64,000 bases of DNA from Candidatus Moraniibacteriota bacterium (GTDB lineage Bacteria > Patescibacteriota > Minisyncoccia > Moranbacterales > UBA9337): positions 97,163 through 161,162 of the forward strand of contig JALSQF010000010.1 in assembly GCA_026985555.1 (NCBI GenBank). Direction: 5' to 3'. Every line of letters starts with the position of its first letter. Position 1 is the first letter of the stretch. The notes below the pieces were generated by a model. That model saw nothing but the letters and a program-made list of their open reading frames with translations, searched no databases and had not been told where the DNA came from. Positions 37,041-46,809 of the stretch are shown in pieces. Made by a program: the position numbers and the translations under genes.

Positions 37041-37391
37041 CTAAAAACGAGCATTTTTATTGACAGAAAAACGTTTTTTTATTGATCGCGCTTTTCTAAC
37101 AACTTTTGTCCAAATTTTTTCTTTTCTTCTTCTAATTTGAATTTTTAATTCATCCACTACAATATCAGTAGCGCTTTCAATGGTTTTAGAAATTTGTTCT
37201 GACCTGTATAAATGTTTAGGAACTTTAATCATTACCTCTACACGAAAAAGTCCTTTTTTATTTTTCTCTATTTCAACTTCTGATTTTAAAATATTTTTAA
37301 GAAATTTATTTAATTTACTCAAACGTTTTTCTATATAACTTTTTGTTTTGTCATCAATAGAAACATTTTTATAAAAATAACGAATATTCAT
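37041..37391 (-). CDS. hpf: ribosome hibernation promoting factor / RaiA family
   Basis: The 116-aa protein MNIRYFYKNVSIDDKTKSYIEKRLSKLNKF...VEVMIKVP has an HPF-like beta-alpha-beta fold pattern. Confidence 0.75.
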   Translation of the reverse strand: MNIRYFYKNVSIDDKTKSYIEKRLSKLNKFLKNILKSEVEIEKNKKGLFRVEVMIKVPKHLYRSEQISKTIESATDIVVDELKIQIRRRKEKIWTKVVRKARSIKKRFSVNKNARF

Positions 37392-37443
37392 AGTTTTTTA
37401 TATTAATTATGTTAATTATATTAATTATAACACATAAATAAAA

Positions 37444-38861
37444 TTATTTGATATCTTCTATCAATGTCTCCTCTAAGATTCTTTTTGAAAAATTGATTTC
37501 CTTTGTTAGTTTTTTATTTTTCCACCCTCCTCTCTTAAACCAAAATAATCCAACCATTGCAACTATAATGTTAGTTAAAGGAAAGGCTAACCAAATCCCT
37601 ATTTCTGAAGAAAAAAGATATTGAGATAAAAAATAAGCTAGAGGTATCTTTAAAATCCACAAAGAAAAAAGAGATAGAAACATTGAATCTAAAGTGTTTC
37701 CAGATCCTCTAAATAAACCGCTCAAAGACATTTGTATTCCAATAAAACCAAACGATAACGCAATAATTTTAATAAATAAAGCGCTAGCTTGGATAGCTGT
37801 TTTATCGTTGGGAATAAAAAGAGTAGAAAGTTTATTGGCTAAAAGAAAAGTTATTATTCCGATAATAGTTAGCATTATAAAACTTACTGTAATGCTTATT
37901 TTTGTAATTTTTTCTGCTCTTTTTGTTTTTTTTGCACCTATGTTTTGTCCCACTAATGTAGAAGTTCCATAGACAATCCCAAAGAAGGAATTATTATGAA
38001 ACTTAAAATTCTAGATCCAATTCCATAACTAGCTAAAGCTATGGTTCCAAATTTTGCTACTAAAAAAGTTATTATTACCATACCTAATGCTTTAGTAGAT
38101 TGTTCTATAGAAGACGGAATTCCTATTTGTAACATTTTCTTTATTAGTAGTTTATCAAAACGTATTTTTTTAAAATTTATTTTAATTTGATACTTTCCTT
38201 TTAATAATAACATTATGCTAATTATACTGGCTAAAAATTGAGTTAGAAAAGTAGCTATTGCTGCACCAGCTACACCAAAACCTCTCATAAAATGATTGCC
38301 TAAAATAAATAAAGGATCTAAAACAAAATTTATTGAAACACTCACAAGAATAATAAACATAGGGATTTTTACTTCTCCTATAGCTCTCATTAGTGACTGA
38401 AAGGTCATAAAAATAAATATAAAAACAACTGTTAAGAAAGATATTCTGAGATATTTAAGTGCATCTAAAAAAACGTCTTTTTCAACTTTTAATAAATGGA
38501 TTAGAAATGGAGAAAAAATATAACCTAAAATTGCAAAAAGTAAAGACACAATGAAAATGATTATTATGGACTGAGTAGCAATATAATCAATTATCTTTTG
38601 ATTCTCTTCACCTTTATATTGAGATACTAATATAGTTCCCGCTACAGTTAAACCTCCTGCTAAAGAAATAACTAAAAAAAGGAGAGGAAAACTAAGAGAA
38701 ACAGCTGCTACTGCTTTAGTTCCCAATCTACCTACCCAAAAAGTATCAGTTAATTGATAAACTGTTTGTAGAATATTAGCTCCTATAATCGGCAAAGCTA
38801 GATTAAAAAGTGATTTTAAAATTGAACCTTCTGTCAATAATTGTTTTTTTCTATTTCTCAT
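37444..38861 (-). pseudogene. MATE-family efflux transporter interrupted by a 1-nt frameshift (or an assembly error)
   Basis: The 302-aa N-terminal part (MRNRKKQLLTEGSILKSLFNLALPIIGANILQTVYQLTDTFWVGRLG) ends ...GLSMELLH. The 169-aa part starts MGQNIGAKK in another frame. An alternative frame across the junction reads GTSTLVGQNIGAKK, restoring the conserved GLSMxTSTLVGQNIGA segment. This is consistent with loss of one G at atgg(g)aact, around 37953. Confidence 0.6.
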
Positions 38862-38950
38862 CTTATTTTAGATATTATTCACTAAGAATAAAACCATTTA
38901 ATCAAAAAATGGTTTTATTATTATTAAAAGATAAATTAATTATTCAAAAG

Positions 38951-39922
38951 CTAAAATCCAATCATTTCAACTTCTTCTTTTAATTGAACTCCAAAATGAT
39001 TTCTAACCTTCTGTTTAATAATCCCTGCTAAAATAATAAAATCTTCTGCGGTAGCATTACCTGTATTTATTAAAAAATTAGCATGTTTTTCGCTAATTTG
39101 TGCTCCGCCAATTTTTTTCCCTTTAATTCCCAATTTCTCTATGAACCAACCAGCTGGAATTTTTTGATCAATACTTTTTATTCCTTTTTCTTTTTCAAAT
39201 TGTAATATTAATTTTTTGTTATCAACTCTAGGATTTTTAAAAAAACTACCCGCACTAAAGCCATTCGGCTGTTTGTCTTGACGTTTTTTAAGATACTCTT
39301 TTTGTTTTTTTTCAATAATATTTTTTTCTCCTATCTTTAAATTTAATATGGCAGATAGGAGAATCCATTTTTTTTCTTCTTTAAATATACTAGAACGATA
39401 ACTAAACTTACATTTATGAGCAGACATTTTAATTACATCAGAAAAAACTTGAAAACTTCCTAATTGAAGATTGTTTTGTTTACGTAATACTTTTACTTTT
39501 ATAACCAATTCTCCTATGGTTTTACTAAAAGCGCCAGCATTATTATAAACTGCTCCTCCTAGTGTGCCTGGAATTCCTATGGCCCATTCCAACCCACTCC
39601 AGCCTCGTTGATAAGCTAAGTTAACTAATTCATTTAAGCTAACACCTGCATCAACTTCTATTATAATTTTTTTCTGAGATTCTGTAATTATCTTCGTCCT
39701 TTGCGTATTTAACTTAATCACTAATCCATTAAAACCCTGATCGCTAATCAAAACATTAGATCCTCCAGCTAACACAAAGACATTCCACTCTTTTTTCTTA
39801 GCTAACATTAAAACTTTTTTTAAATCACTTTGATGATTAATTTCCACAAAATATCTAGCTGAACCTCCAACCTTTAAGGTAGTATAAGAAGCTAATGGAA
39901 CATTTTCTTGAATTTTAAACAT
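38951..39922 (-). CDS. murB: UDP-N-acetylenolpyruvoylglucosamine reductase
   Basis: It has the FAD-binding N-terminus PLASYTTLKVGGSARYFVEI and the MurB C-terminal domain. Confidence 0.85.
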   Translation of the reverse strand: MFKIQENVPLASYTTLKVGGSARYFVEINHQSDLKKVLMLAKKKEWNVFVLAGGSNVLISDQGFNGLVIKLNTQRTKIITESQKKIIIEVDAGVSLNELVNLAYQRGWSGLEWAIGIPGTLGGAVYNNAGAFSKTIGELVIKVKVLRKQNNLQLGSFQVFSDVIKMSAHKCKFSYRSSIFKEEKKWILLSAILNLKIGEKNIIEKKQKEYLKKRQDKQPNGFSAGSFFKNPRVDNKKLILQFEKEKGIKSIDQKIPAGWFIEKLGIKGKKIGGAQISEKHANFLINTGNATAEDFIILAGIIKQKVRNHFGVQLKEEVEMIGF

Positions 39923-40040
39923 ACTTTATTTAGTTTTATTTTATTTTTATTTGCTATTTTTAAAGTTTTTTTAAATAAACTATTGAACTATGTTTATATT
40001 TTATTTCAGCATGGCTTAGTGTTACTAAATAGATTAACAA

Positions 40041-40601
40041 TTAAAATTCCACCTTAACATTTTCTTTTTCTTTGGTATCAGCCTCAAAAAATTCTCTTTT
40101 TTGAAAATGTAATATTCCTGCAATAAGATTATTAGGAAATATTTCAATTTTTGTATTAAAGTCTCTTACATTGCCGTTATAAAAACGTCTTGCTGCTTGA
40201 ATTTTATTTTCTGTATCGGTTAATTCTTTTTGTAACTCTAAGAAATTTTGATTAGCTTTTAAATCTGGATAGCTTTCAGACAAAGCAAAAATTGATTTTA
40301 AGGTAGAAGATAACATATTTTCTGCTTCTGCTTGTGCTTTAGCATCACCACTTTTTTGAGCATTCATCGCAATGTTTCTAGCGCTAATAACTTTTTCTAA
40401 TGTTTCTTTCTCATGCTTAGCATACCCCTTCACTGTGTTTACTAAATTAGGAATTAAATCATATCTTCTTTTTAATTGAACATCTATATCACTCCAAGCT
40501 TCATCTACTCTATTTTTTAGACGAATTAAACCATTGTAAATCAGAATTAACCACACAACTAATCCGATGAGAATAATTAAAATAATAATTCCTAAACTCA
40601 T
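40041..40601 (-). CDS. lemA: LemA-family membrane protein
   Basis: It has an N-terminal TM followed by NGLIRLKNRVDEAWSDIDVQLKRRYDLIPNLV, which is the LemA signature. Confidence 0.85.
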   Translation of the reverse strand: MSLGIIILIILIGLVVWLILIYNGLIRLKNRVDEAWSDIDVQLKRRYDLIPNLVNTVKGYAKHEKETLEKVISARNIAMNAQKSGDAKAQAEAENMLSSTLKSIFALSESYPDLKANQNFLELQKELTDTENKIQAARRFYNGNVRDFNTKIEIFPNNLIAGILHFQKREFFEADTKEKENVKVEF

Positions 40602-40733
40602 ATTATTTTTTAATTATTTACCTTTATCTTTAAAAATAAAAAATAAATAATTATATTAATTAATAATTATAATTATTATAATTTTAACTTATTTAAAATA
40701 ATTTTACAAATCTTTAAAAACATTATTGTATTT

Positions 40734-41903
40734 TTAAAGTTTTTTATACAATTCTAAAGTTTCCTTAGCAGTTTTTTTCCAATTAAAATATAAAGCTCTT
40801 TCTTTTCCCTTTTTTAAATATTTATTTCTAAAATTTTCATCTTCTATCATATTTAGCATTAACTCTGTCATTTGAGAAACATCTAATGGATTAATAAAAT
40901 AAGCTACGTTATGAGCAATTTCTGGAAGAGAAGATACGTCAGATATAATACTAGGAGTTTCTGTAGCCAAAGCTTCTAAAACAGTCATACCAAAACCTTC
41001 ATATAAAGAAGGCATTATAAATAATTCTGCTTCTTTAAATAAAGGAACTAATTCATCTCCTATAATATATCCTGGAAAAACAACATCTTTATGTATGCCT
41101 AAATCTCTAGCTATGTGACGATACTCTTTACCTAACCAACCTCTTTTGCCTGCTAAAACCAATTGAAAATCAAATTTATGAGAATTTTTTATTTTTCTTT
41201 TTTGCAACCACTTCTTTTTAAATTGAGCAAAGGCCTGTAATAATCTAGTAATATTTTTGCTTGGTTCCAAAGTGCCTAAAAATAAAATATATTTTTTGGT
41301 AATACCTAAACGGGCTACAATTTTTTTATAATCTAAATCAGGTTTTTCAAAAAATCTTTCATCTAAACCACTATAAATGATTTTGGCTTTATTTCCTAAA
41401 TTCCAAATACTTTCTAAATCATTTTTTATTGATTGAGATACAGCAATAATTTTATCAGCCTTTTTCGCCATTAACCTATCGTTAGTTTTTTCTTTAATTT
41501 TTTTCCAACGAGGAAAACATTCCGGTATTTTATAAGGAGCTAAATCATGAAAAGTTACAACTAACTTCCCTGCATAAGAACTAGGAATACGACTCTGAGG
41601 AGAAGTAGAATGCAATATATCTAATTTTTCTTTTTTTAAAGTAGCTAAAGTAAGCAACTCGTTATAAATTCCTGGCATATATTTACTATAGTCAGAAAAA
41701 GGATAAAATTTAATTTTTACTCCTTTTTTTCTAAACTTACGCACATCCTTCTCTCTCACTCTAAAATCAAAAAATAAAACATACTCATTTTTATGATCAA
41801 TCTCTAAAAGATGACGAATAAGTTGATAAGTATAATGACCCACTCCTATGGCATCACCTTTCTCTGGATTTAAAATTGTTCTAGCATCAATACCTATACG
41901 CAT
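40734..41903 (-). CDS. glycosyltransferase family 4
   Basis: It starts MRIGIDARTI and has the C-terminal EGFGMTVLEALATETPSIISDVSSLPEI (EX7E). Confidence 0.75.
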   Translation of the reverse strand: MRIGIDARTILNPEKGDAIGVGHYTYQLIRHLLEIDHKNEYVLFFDFRVREKDVRKFRKKGVKIKFYPFSDYSKYMPGIYNELLTLATLKKEKLDILHSTSPQSRIPSSYAGKLVVTFHDLAPYKIPECFPRWKKIKEKTNDRLMAKKADKIIAVSQSIKNDLESIWNLGNKAKIIYSGLDERFFEKPDLDYKKIVARLGITKKYILFLGTLEPSKNITRLLQAFAQFKKKWLQKRKIKNSHKFDFQLVLAGKRGWLGKEYRHIARDLGIHKDVVFPGYIIGDELVPLFKEAELFIMPSLYEGFGMTVLEALATETPSIISDVSSLPEIAHNVAYFINPLDVSQMTELMLNMIEDENFRNKYLKKGKERALYFNWKKTAKETLELYKKL

Positions 41904-42018
41904 AATTTTTCTTTAATTATTTTTATTCTAACATCCTTTTGATTATATTTCAAATAAAAAAGACTGTTTGTAATTAAATTTATTTTATACAAACAGTCTC
42001 AGTTTTTAAATAAAAAAT

Positions 42019-42222
42019 TTAGACAGAAATAGCTAGCATCTCCTCCTGCTGGCTAAGTTTCCGCTTTTTCTTAATTGATGGCAATAAAAATCTTTGCCCT
42101 GTGTGATCAAAAACATATATTCTTCCACATTGACCACATTCCCAAACTTCTCTTTTTTTCTGCAAGACTATTCCGCAACAAAAATCTTGTGGATTTAATC
42201 CTGCATACAACTTTTTCTTCAT
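42019..42222 (-). CDS. small Cys-rich zinc-ribbon protein, paralog A
   Basis: FCCGIVLQKKREVWECGQCGRIY has the pattern C-C-G x12 E-C-x2-C-G. It shares this layout with its neighbour. Confidence 0.4.
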   Translation of the reverse strand: MKKKLYAGLNPQDFCCGIVLQKKREVWECGQCGRIYVFDHTGQRFLLPSIKKKRKLSQQEEMLAISV

Positions 42223-42237
42223 AGTTGCCTCCTTTTT

Positions 42238-42429
42238 TTATTTTTTATTTTTTATTTTCCCTGAAAACATAACTATTCCTTTTTTTTTATCTACAATTTG
42301 CCCACAATTTAAACATTCAAAATGTTTTGAAAAAATCATAAATGATTTTCCTCCACAACAAAGACAAGTTTGTGGAAATTCATTATTTTTTTCATTCATT
42401 TTTTGTAGAGAAAGCAAATCCCACATCAT
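42238..42429 (-). CDS. small Cys-rich zinc-ribbon protein, paralog B
   Basis: CLCCGGKSFMIFSKHFECLNCGQIV has the same C-C-G x12 E-C-x2-C-G-Q/R-I pattern as the adjacent gene. Confidence 0.4.
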   Translation of the reverse strand: MMWDLLSLQKMNEKNNEFPQTCLCCGGKSFMIFSKHFECLNCGQIVDKKKGIVMFSGKIKNKK

Positions 42430-42473
42430 AAAACCTCCTTTTTTTTTATTTTTTATTTAACTTTTAAAGAACA

Positions 42474-42504
42474 TTTAAAAAAAACTGGCGGAAACCAGTT
42501 TTTT
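42474..42504. terminator. bidirectional rho-independent terminator
   Basis: The stem aactgg/ccagtt with loop cggaaa (42482..42499) is flanked by an A-run upstream and a T-run downstream. It lies just downstream of the minus-strand membrane-protein gene that ends at 42673. Confidence 0.6.
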
Positions 42505-42519
42505 GAAAATTATTTTTTT

Positions 42520-42598
42520 TGCCAAATCAAACTAGTTTCCTTTATAGAATAAAGAAAATAGAAATAACCAAAAATAATTTTTTCTTGTTTGATTTGGC
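42520..42598. repeat. 12-bp inverted repeat with a 55-nt spacer
   Basis: gccaaatcaaac (42520..42531) and gtttgatttggc (42587..42598) are exact reverse complements. Confidence 0.5.
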
Positions 42599-42672
42599 AT
42601 TTATACAAAATTAAAAACTTTCAATCTTATTTTAAATAATAAAGCTTACTATTTTTTTGTCAAGTAAAAAAT

Positions 42673-43860
42673 TTAAAAAACTAAACTCAAAACACTCCAA
42701 AACATTAAAGCTAGATCATTTTTCCAAAAAGTGGTATCCACTATTCCATGCCCTAACCAATACAACAACAAAGCCATAAAAGTAATAATGATTTCTTTTT
42801 CTCTTGTTTTAGTTTTTTTTAAAAAATAAAAAGATTTTTTATAAAAATAAAAAATCAACCCCAGAAAAGATAATAATCCCAACAATCCTGTTTGTAACCA
42901 AAAAGCTAACCACAAATTATGTGGCTGAGGAACAGCCCACTCTAAGTAAGGAGGAAAATATTTTTGATACATTAAATATTGTTCTTGAAAGTTTCCTGGA
43001 CCAACCCCCCATATCCAGTTATCTTGAACAATTTTTACTGCTGAACGCCAAATTATTAAACGCGAATTTTCAGAAGATCTTTCTGACCAATTCCATAAAT
43101 TTTGCCATTTAGAATTATTATTTTGCAAAACAACAACTATCAACAAAAAAATTAAAAGAATTTTCAATAATAAACTTTTTTCAATCCACTGGAACCAAGA
43201 TTTAAATTTTTTCCTGTTTTTTTCATAATCAATAAAGATTAATGTTCCTCCCATAGCCAACCAAGCTCCATAAGAAGTAGTCCAATATAAAATGATAACT
43301 AAAAAAAAGAAAGTGATTTTATACCAAATATTTTTTTGAAATAATAAACTGAAATTTATAATTATAGAAGGCGCTAAATACATAGCTAAATAATTGGGAG
43401 AATTAAAAAAAGCTTCCAGTCTATTATCGTAAGTAACCTTTCCTGCTAACTTATAAAATAGACTAATTATAGCTACCCCTAATCCTGAAGAAAATATTAC
43501 ATACAATATTTTTTCATTTTTTTCGTTGTCATAAAAAACATCTTTCACAACAAAAGCAAACAGAATTGGTAATAAAAAATAGCTCTTTAACATTCCCCAA
43601 CCAATCATTTTATTACCATTAAAATAAATAGAAAATAACACACTCAACAATAATAATAAAATTAAAGAAAGATAAATTTTATTAATATTTTTAAAATAAT
43701 CTTTTATCTCTTTAAATCCTTTTTCTTTTAGCCAAATTATAATTGTTAAACTAATTAAAATATCTAATAAATTAAACCTAACTAATCCAAAGTTAAATCT
43801 AATCAAATAAACTGGCATCAAAAATAAACTTATATAAACTAATTTTTTACTCAAATCCAT
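42673..43860 (-). CDS. polytopic membrane protein, possibly O-antigen-ligase/Wzy-like
   Basis: It has about 10 hydrophobic segments and is 395 aa. The context is a glycosylation locus. The call is weak. Confidence 0.35.
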   Translation of the reverse strand: MDLSKKLVYISLFLMPVYLIRFNFGLVRFNLLDILISLTIIIWLKEKGFKEIKDYFKNINKIYLSLILLLLLSVLFSIYFNGNKMIGWGMLKSYFLLPILFAFVVKDVFYDNEKNEKILYVIFSSGLGVAIISLFYKLAGKVTYDNRLEAFFNSPNYLAMYLAPSIIINFSLLFQKNIWYKITFFFLVIILYWTTSYGAWLAMGGTLIFIDYEKNRKKFKSWFQWIEKSLLLKILLIFLLIVVVLQNNNSKWQNLWNWSERSSENSRLIIWRSAVKIVQDNWIWGVGPGNFQEQYLMYQKYFPPYLEWAVPQPHNLWLAFWLQTGLLGLLSFLGLIFYFYKKSFYFLKKTKTREKEIIITFMALLLYWLGHGIVDTTFWKNDLALMFWSVLSLVF

Positions 43861-44606
43861 TTTATAAAAAAATTTAAAATTTTTTCTAACTCCTCTATAT
43901 CATCTTTATTTATCCTTAATTTCAACAATGTTTCTAATTTATTAGAAAAAAATATTCTAATTAATTTAATGCTATTATTACTTATCTTAATTTTATTAAA
44001 AACATCAGGATAACAATTAGAACAAATTATACCTCCCTTTTGAGCAGAAAAATAGTTCTGATTATTTTTTAATTTATTTCTACAAATTACGCAACGTCTT
44101 ACTTCTAAACGATAGCCTAATAAATCTAATATTTGAAAAATAAATCCTAAATAAATTAGATTAGATTTTTTTTCTTTATCTTTAGTTTGATTGATTATTC
44201 CTAAAAAATTCTTCCAAAGATAAAAAATTTTTTGATCTTCTTCTTTGCTAACTACCCATTCTCTAAATAACTGACTTGCTTGAAAAACTAATTTCAAAGA
44301 ATAAAAATTTGTTTTTAAAAGAGAAAAATTTTTTTCTATCGTTACACCAACTATATTTCCCATTCCTCTATTTTTAGCTATAGTTATTTGTATTAAATTA
44401 AAATTTTCTAAACCAGCGCTTAATTTAGCTTTAGTTTTCCGCGTTCCTCTACCCACAGCTTTAACCAATCCCTCTTCTAAAGTGTAAATAAAATACAAAC
44501 GATCCGCTTCTCCAATGTTCTTTTTAGCTAAAATTATACCTTGATAAGTTTTTTCCATAAATTTAATTTTAACATATAAACAATAAAAAAAGAAAAAGAG
44601 ATTCAC
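43851..44606 (-). CDS. recO: DNA repair protein RecO
   Basis: MEKTYQGIILAKKNIGEADRLYFIYTLEEGLVKAVGRGTRKTKAKL is the RecO OB-fold N-terminus. The C-terminal zinc motif is CVICRNKL..CSNC. The likely true start is the internal MEKTYQ (at 44558). Confidence 0.8.
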   Translation of the reverse strand: MNLFFFFYCLYVKIKFMEKTYQGIILAKKNIGEADRLYFIYTLEEGLVKAVGRGTRKTKAKLSAGLENFNLIQITIAKNRGMGNIVGVTIEKNFSLLKTNFYSLKLVFQASQLFREWVVSKEEDQKIFYLWKNFLGIINQTKDKEKKSNLIYLGFIFQILDLLGYRLEVRRCVICRNKLKNNQNYFSAQKGGIICSNCYPDVFNKIKISNNSIKLIRIFFSNKLETLLKLRINKDDIEELEKILNFFIKWI

Positions 44607-44637
44607 TTTTTGAATAAACCTCTTTGATTTTCTAAAC

Positions 44638-44979
44638 TTAATTTGAATTTTTTAGAATTTTAACCATACAATTAAAAAAAATTTCCGTCCTGTTACTTGC
44701 CATTTTCCAAGAATATCCTCTTTTTTGATATTCTTTTTCAAGAAAAATATTTTCTATCTTTTTTCGCCAAAAATTTTCATAAAAAAATAACCAATTTATC
44801 TCTTTTAAAACAGATTGTAAACCTTCTATATGACGAAAGAAAGAAAAATTTTTTTCTTTATTTTCTTTTAGAAACAAGCAGACGTCATTTAACCAAATTA
44901 TAAAATCTGCTTGCGATAAAGAATTTATATTTTTAAATTCTCCAATTTTTAATTTTAATTTTTTATTTAGCTTTTCCAA
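44638..44979 (-). CDS. hypothetical protein
   Basis: The 113-aa ORF lies upstream of recO on the same strand. No motif was recognised. Confidence 0.3.
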   Translation of the reverse strand: MEKLNKKLKLKIGEFKNINSLSQADFIIWLNDVCLFLKENKEKNFSFFRHIEGLQSVLKEINWLFFYENFWRKKIENIFLEKEYQKRGYSWKMASNRTEIFFNCMVKILKNSN

Positions 44980-45116
44980 AATCGCTCAAACAGCCACACT
45001 GAAAAGTCATATTTGCCTCCTTTTTTCTTTTTTTAAAAAACTTACCTAAAATAATTAAAAATTATTTTTTACTTTTACTATATTTTAAAAACCAAAATTT
45101 TATTTTTGTCTATATA

Positions 45117-46160
45117 TTATTTCCATTCATAATTATTCCATGTCCATTCTGCCATACTTTGAATATCTTGCCAACGATAAGGATCGTCTAAAAGCACCAA
45201 TATAATACGATGTTTATTGGTTCTATCTATCGCTCCCACCATTAAAGAACGTCCCGCTAAAGGAGTGAATCCGGTTTTTCCTCCTAAACACCCTGCCATT
45301 TGATTTAAAAGACGATCTGTATTGAAAATTTTGTGAGAAAATTTTTTATCTACAGAATAAATTTCAGCGTTCGGAATCCGAAATATATTCCAAATAAGAG
45401 GATACTTCATAGAATAACTAGCTATACGCGCTAAATCAATTGCTGAAGAATATCCTTCTTTTTCTTTTCCGTCTATTTCTAATCCTGAAGGAGTGCAAAA
45501 ATGAGTATTTTTTAATCCTAATTCTTCTACTTTTTGATTCATTAGAAGAGCAAATCCTTCAATAGATCCACCTATATGTTTTCCTAAAGCTGTAGCTGCA
45601 TCATTAGCACTATTCATTAACATAGCTTTTAATAAATCAAGAGCATATATTTTTTCTCCTTTTTTTAGACGAGGACTATTGCAATAACCCGAACGAGGAC
45701 AACCTATTTTTGTTCCCTCTATATATATTTCATCGCCAATAGTAACTACTTCTTTCTCTAAATGAGAAATTTTATTAATAACCACTATGGCTGTCATAAT
45801 TTTGGTTAGTGAAGCAATTTGTCTTCTTTGAGATCCATTTTTTTCCCAAAGAATTTTACCCGAATCTACATCTATAATAGCTCCGGCATGCGCAGAAGGA
45901 ATTTTTAATTCTTGAAAATTTTTTTTCTTAAAAGGAATATAATTTATGGAAGAAATAGCTATGGGAAAAAAGTTTTTATTTGTTTTAATAAAATTTTTAT
46001 TGTTTTTAGAAGCTATTGTTTTTGTTTCAACTCCTTTTACTTTTTTTTTCTGATTATTATAATTATATTGTCCGTCTGTTTTCCATATCCACAAACCAAA
46101 AATACTTACTAATAATACTATCCCTATAATAAAATACTTCTTTTTTTTCAAAATAATCAT
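45117..46160 (-). CDS. D-alanyl-D-alanine carboxypeptidase (S11, PBP5-like) with an N-terminal anchor
   Basis: The SxxK motif is SLTKIMT, the SxN motif is SANDAA and the KTG motif is KTGFT. Confidence 0.8.
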   Translation of the reverse strand: MIILKKKKYFIIGIVLLVSIFGLWIWKTDGQYNYNNQKKKVKGVETKTIASKNNKNFIKTNKNFFPIAISSINYIPFKKKNFQELKIPSAHAGAIIDVDSGKILWEKNGSQRRQIASLTKIMTAIVVINKISHLEKEVVTIGDEIYIEGTKIGCPRSGYCNSPRLKKGEKIYALDLLKAMLMNSANDAATALGKHIGGSIEGFALLMNQKVEELGLKNTHFCTPSGLEIDGKEKEGYSSAIDLARIASYSMKYPLIWNIFRIPNAEIYSVDKKFSHKIFNTDRLLNQMAGCLGGKTGFTPLAGRSLMVGAIDRTNKHRIILVLLDDPYRWQDIQSMAEWTWNNYEWK

Positions 46161-46172
46161 TTTATTTATTTT

Positions 46173-46742
46173 TTACTCTTCTTTATTTTTAAATTTTAAT
46201 ATATTTTTCACCTTTTTATTTTTTCTTAATTTTTCATAATCAGGTAAATCCTCTATCTTACTTATTCCCATTTGCTTTAAAAAACCTAAAGTTACTTGAT
46301 ATAAATAACCTCTAATCTTATTTTTTCTAGAAACTCTTTCTACTAATCCTCGCACCATTAAATTACGCAAAATAAAACTAGAGTTAACTCCTCTAATTAA
46401 ATCTATTTCCGCTCTTGATAAAGGACCTCTGTAAGCAACAATAGCTAAAGTTTCTTGAGCTGCAGAAGTAAGTTGACTTTCTGTATCCACCTTGATTAAT
46501 TTTTTTAAATAAACAAAATTATCAGGGTTACTAACTAATTGAATTCTTTGATTTTGTTCAATTATTTGCAAACCTCCATTTTCTTGATTATATTTTTCTA
46601 TCAATGCTTCTACATTTTTTTCTATTTTTTCCAGTGGTTCTTTTATTATTTTTGAAATTTTTTTCAATTCCAACGGATCACCACTAGCTAAAAGTAGACT
46701 TTCTATAATTGATTTTATTTTATAATCTTCCATAAATAACAT
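46173..46742 (-). CDS. scpB: segregation and condensation protein B
   Basis: IIESLLLASGDPLELKKISKII matches the ScpB winged-helix start. Two wHTH repeats are present. Confidence 0.8.
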   Translation of the reverse strand: MLFMEDYKIKSIIESLLLASGDPLELKKISKIIKEPLEKIEKNVEALIEKYNQENGGLQIIEQNQRIQLVSNPDNFVYLKKLIKVDTESQLTSAAQETLAIVAYRGPLSRAEIDLIRGVNSSFILRNLMVRGLVERVSRKNKIRGYLYQVTLGFLKQMGISKIEDLPDYEKLRKNKKVKNILKFKNKEE

Positions 46743-46809
46743 TATAGCAATTTACAAAATATGAACAAGTGTTATAAAATAAAAAATAAATTGATTAAAC
46801 TATACTAAA

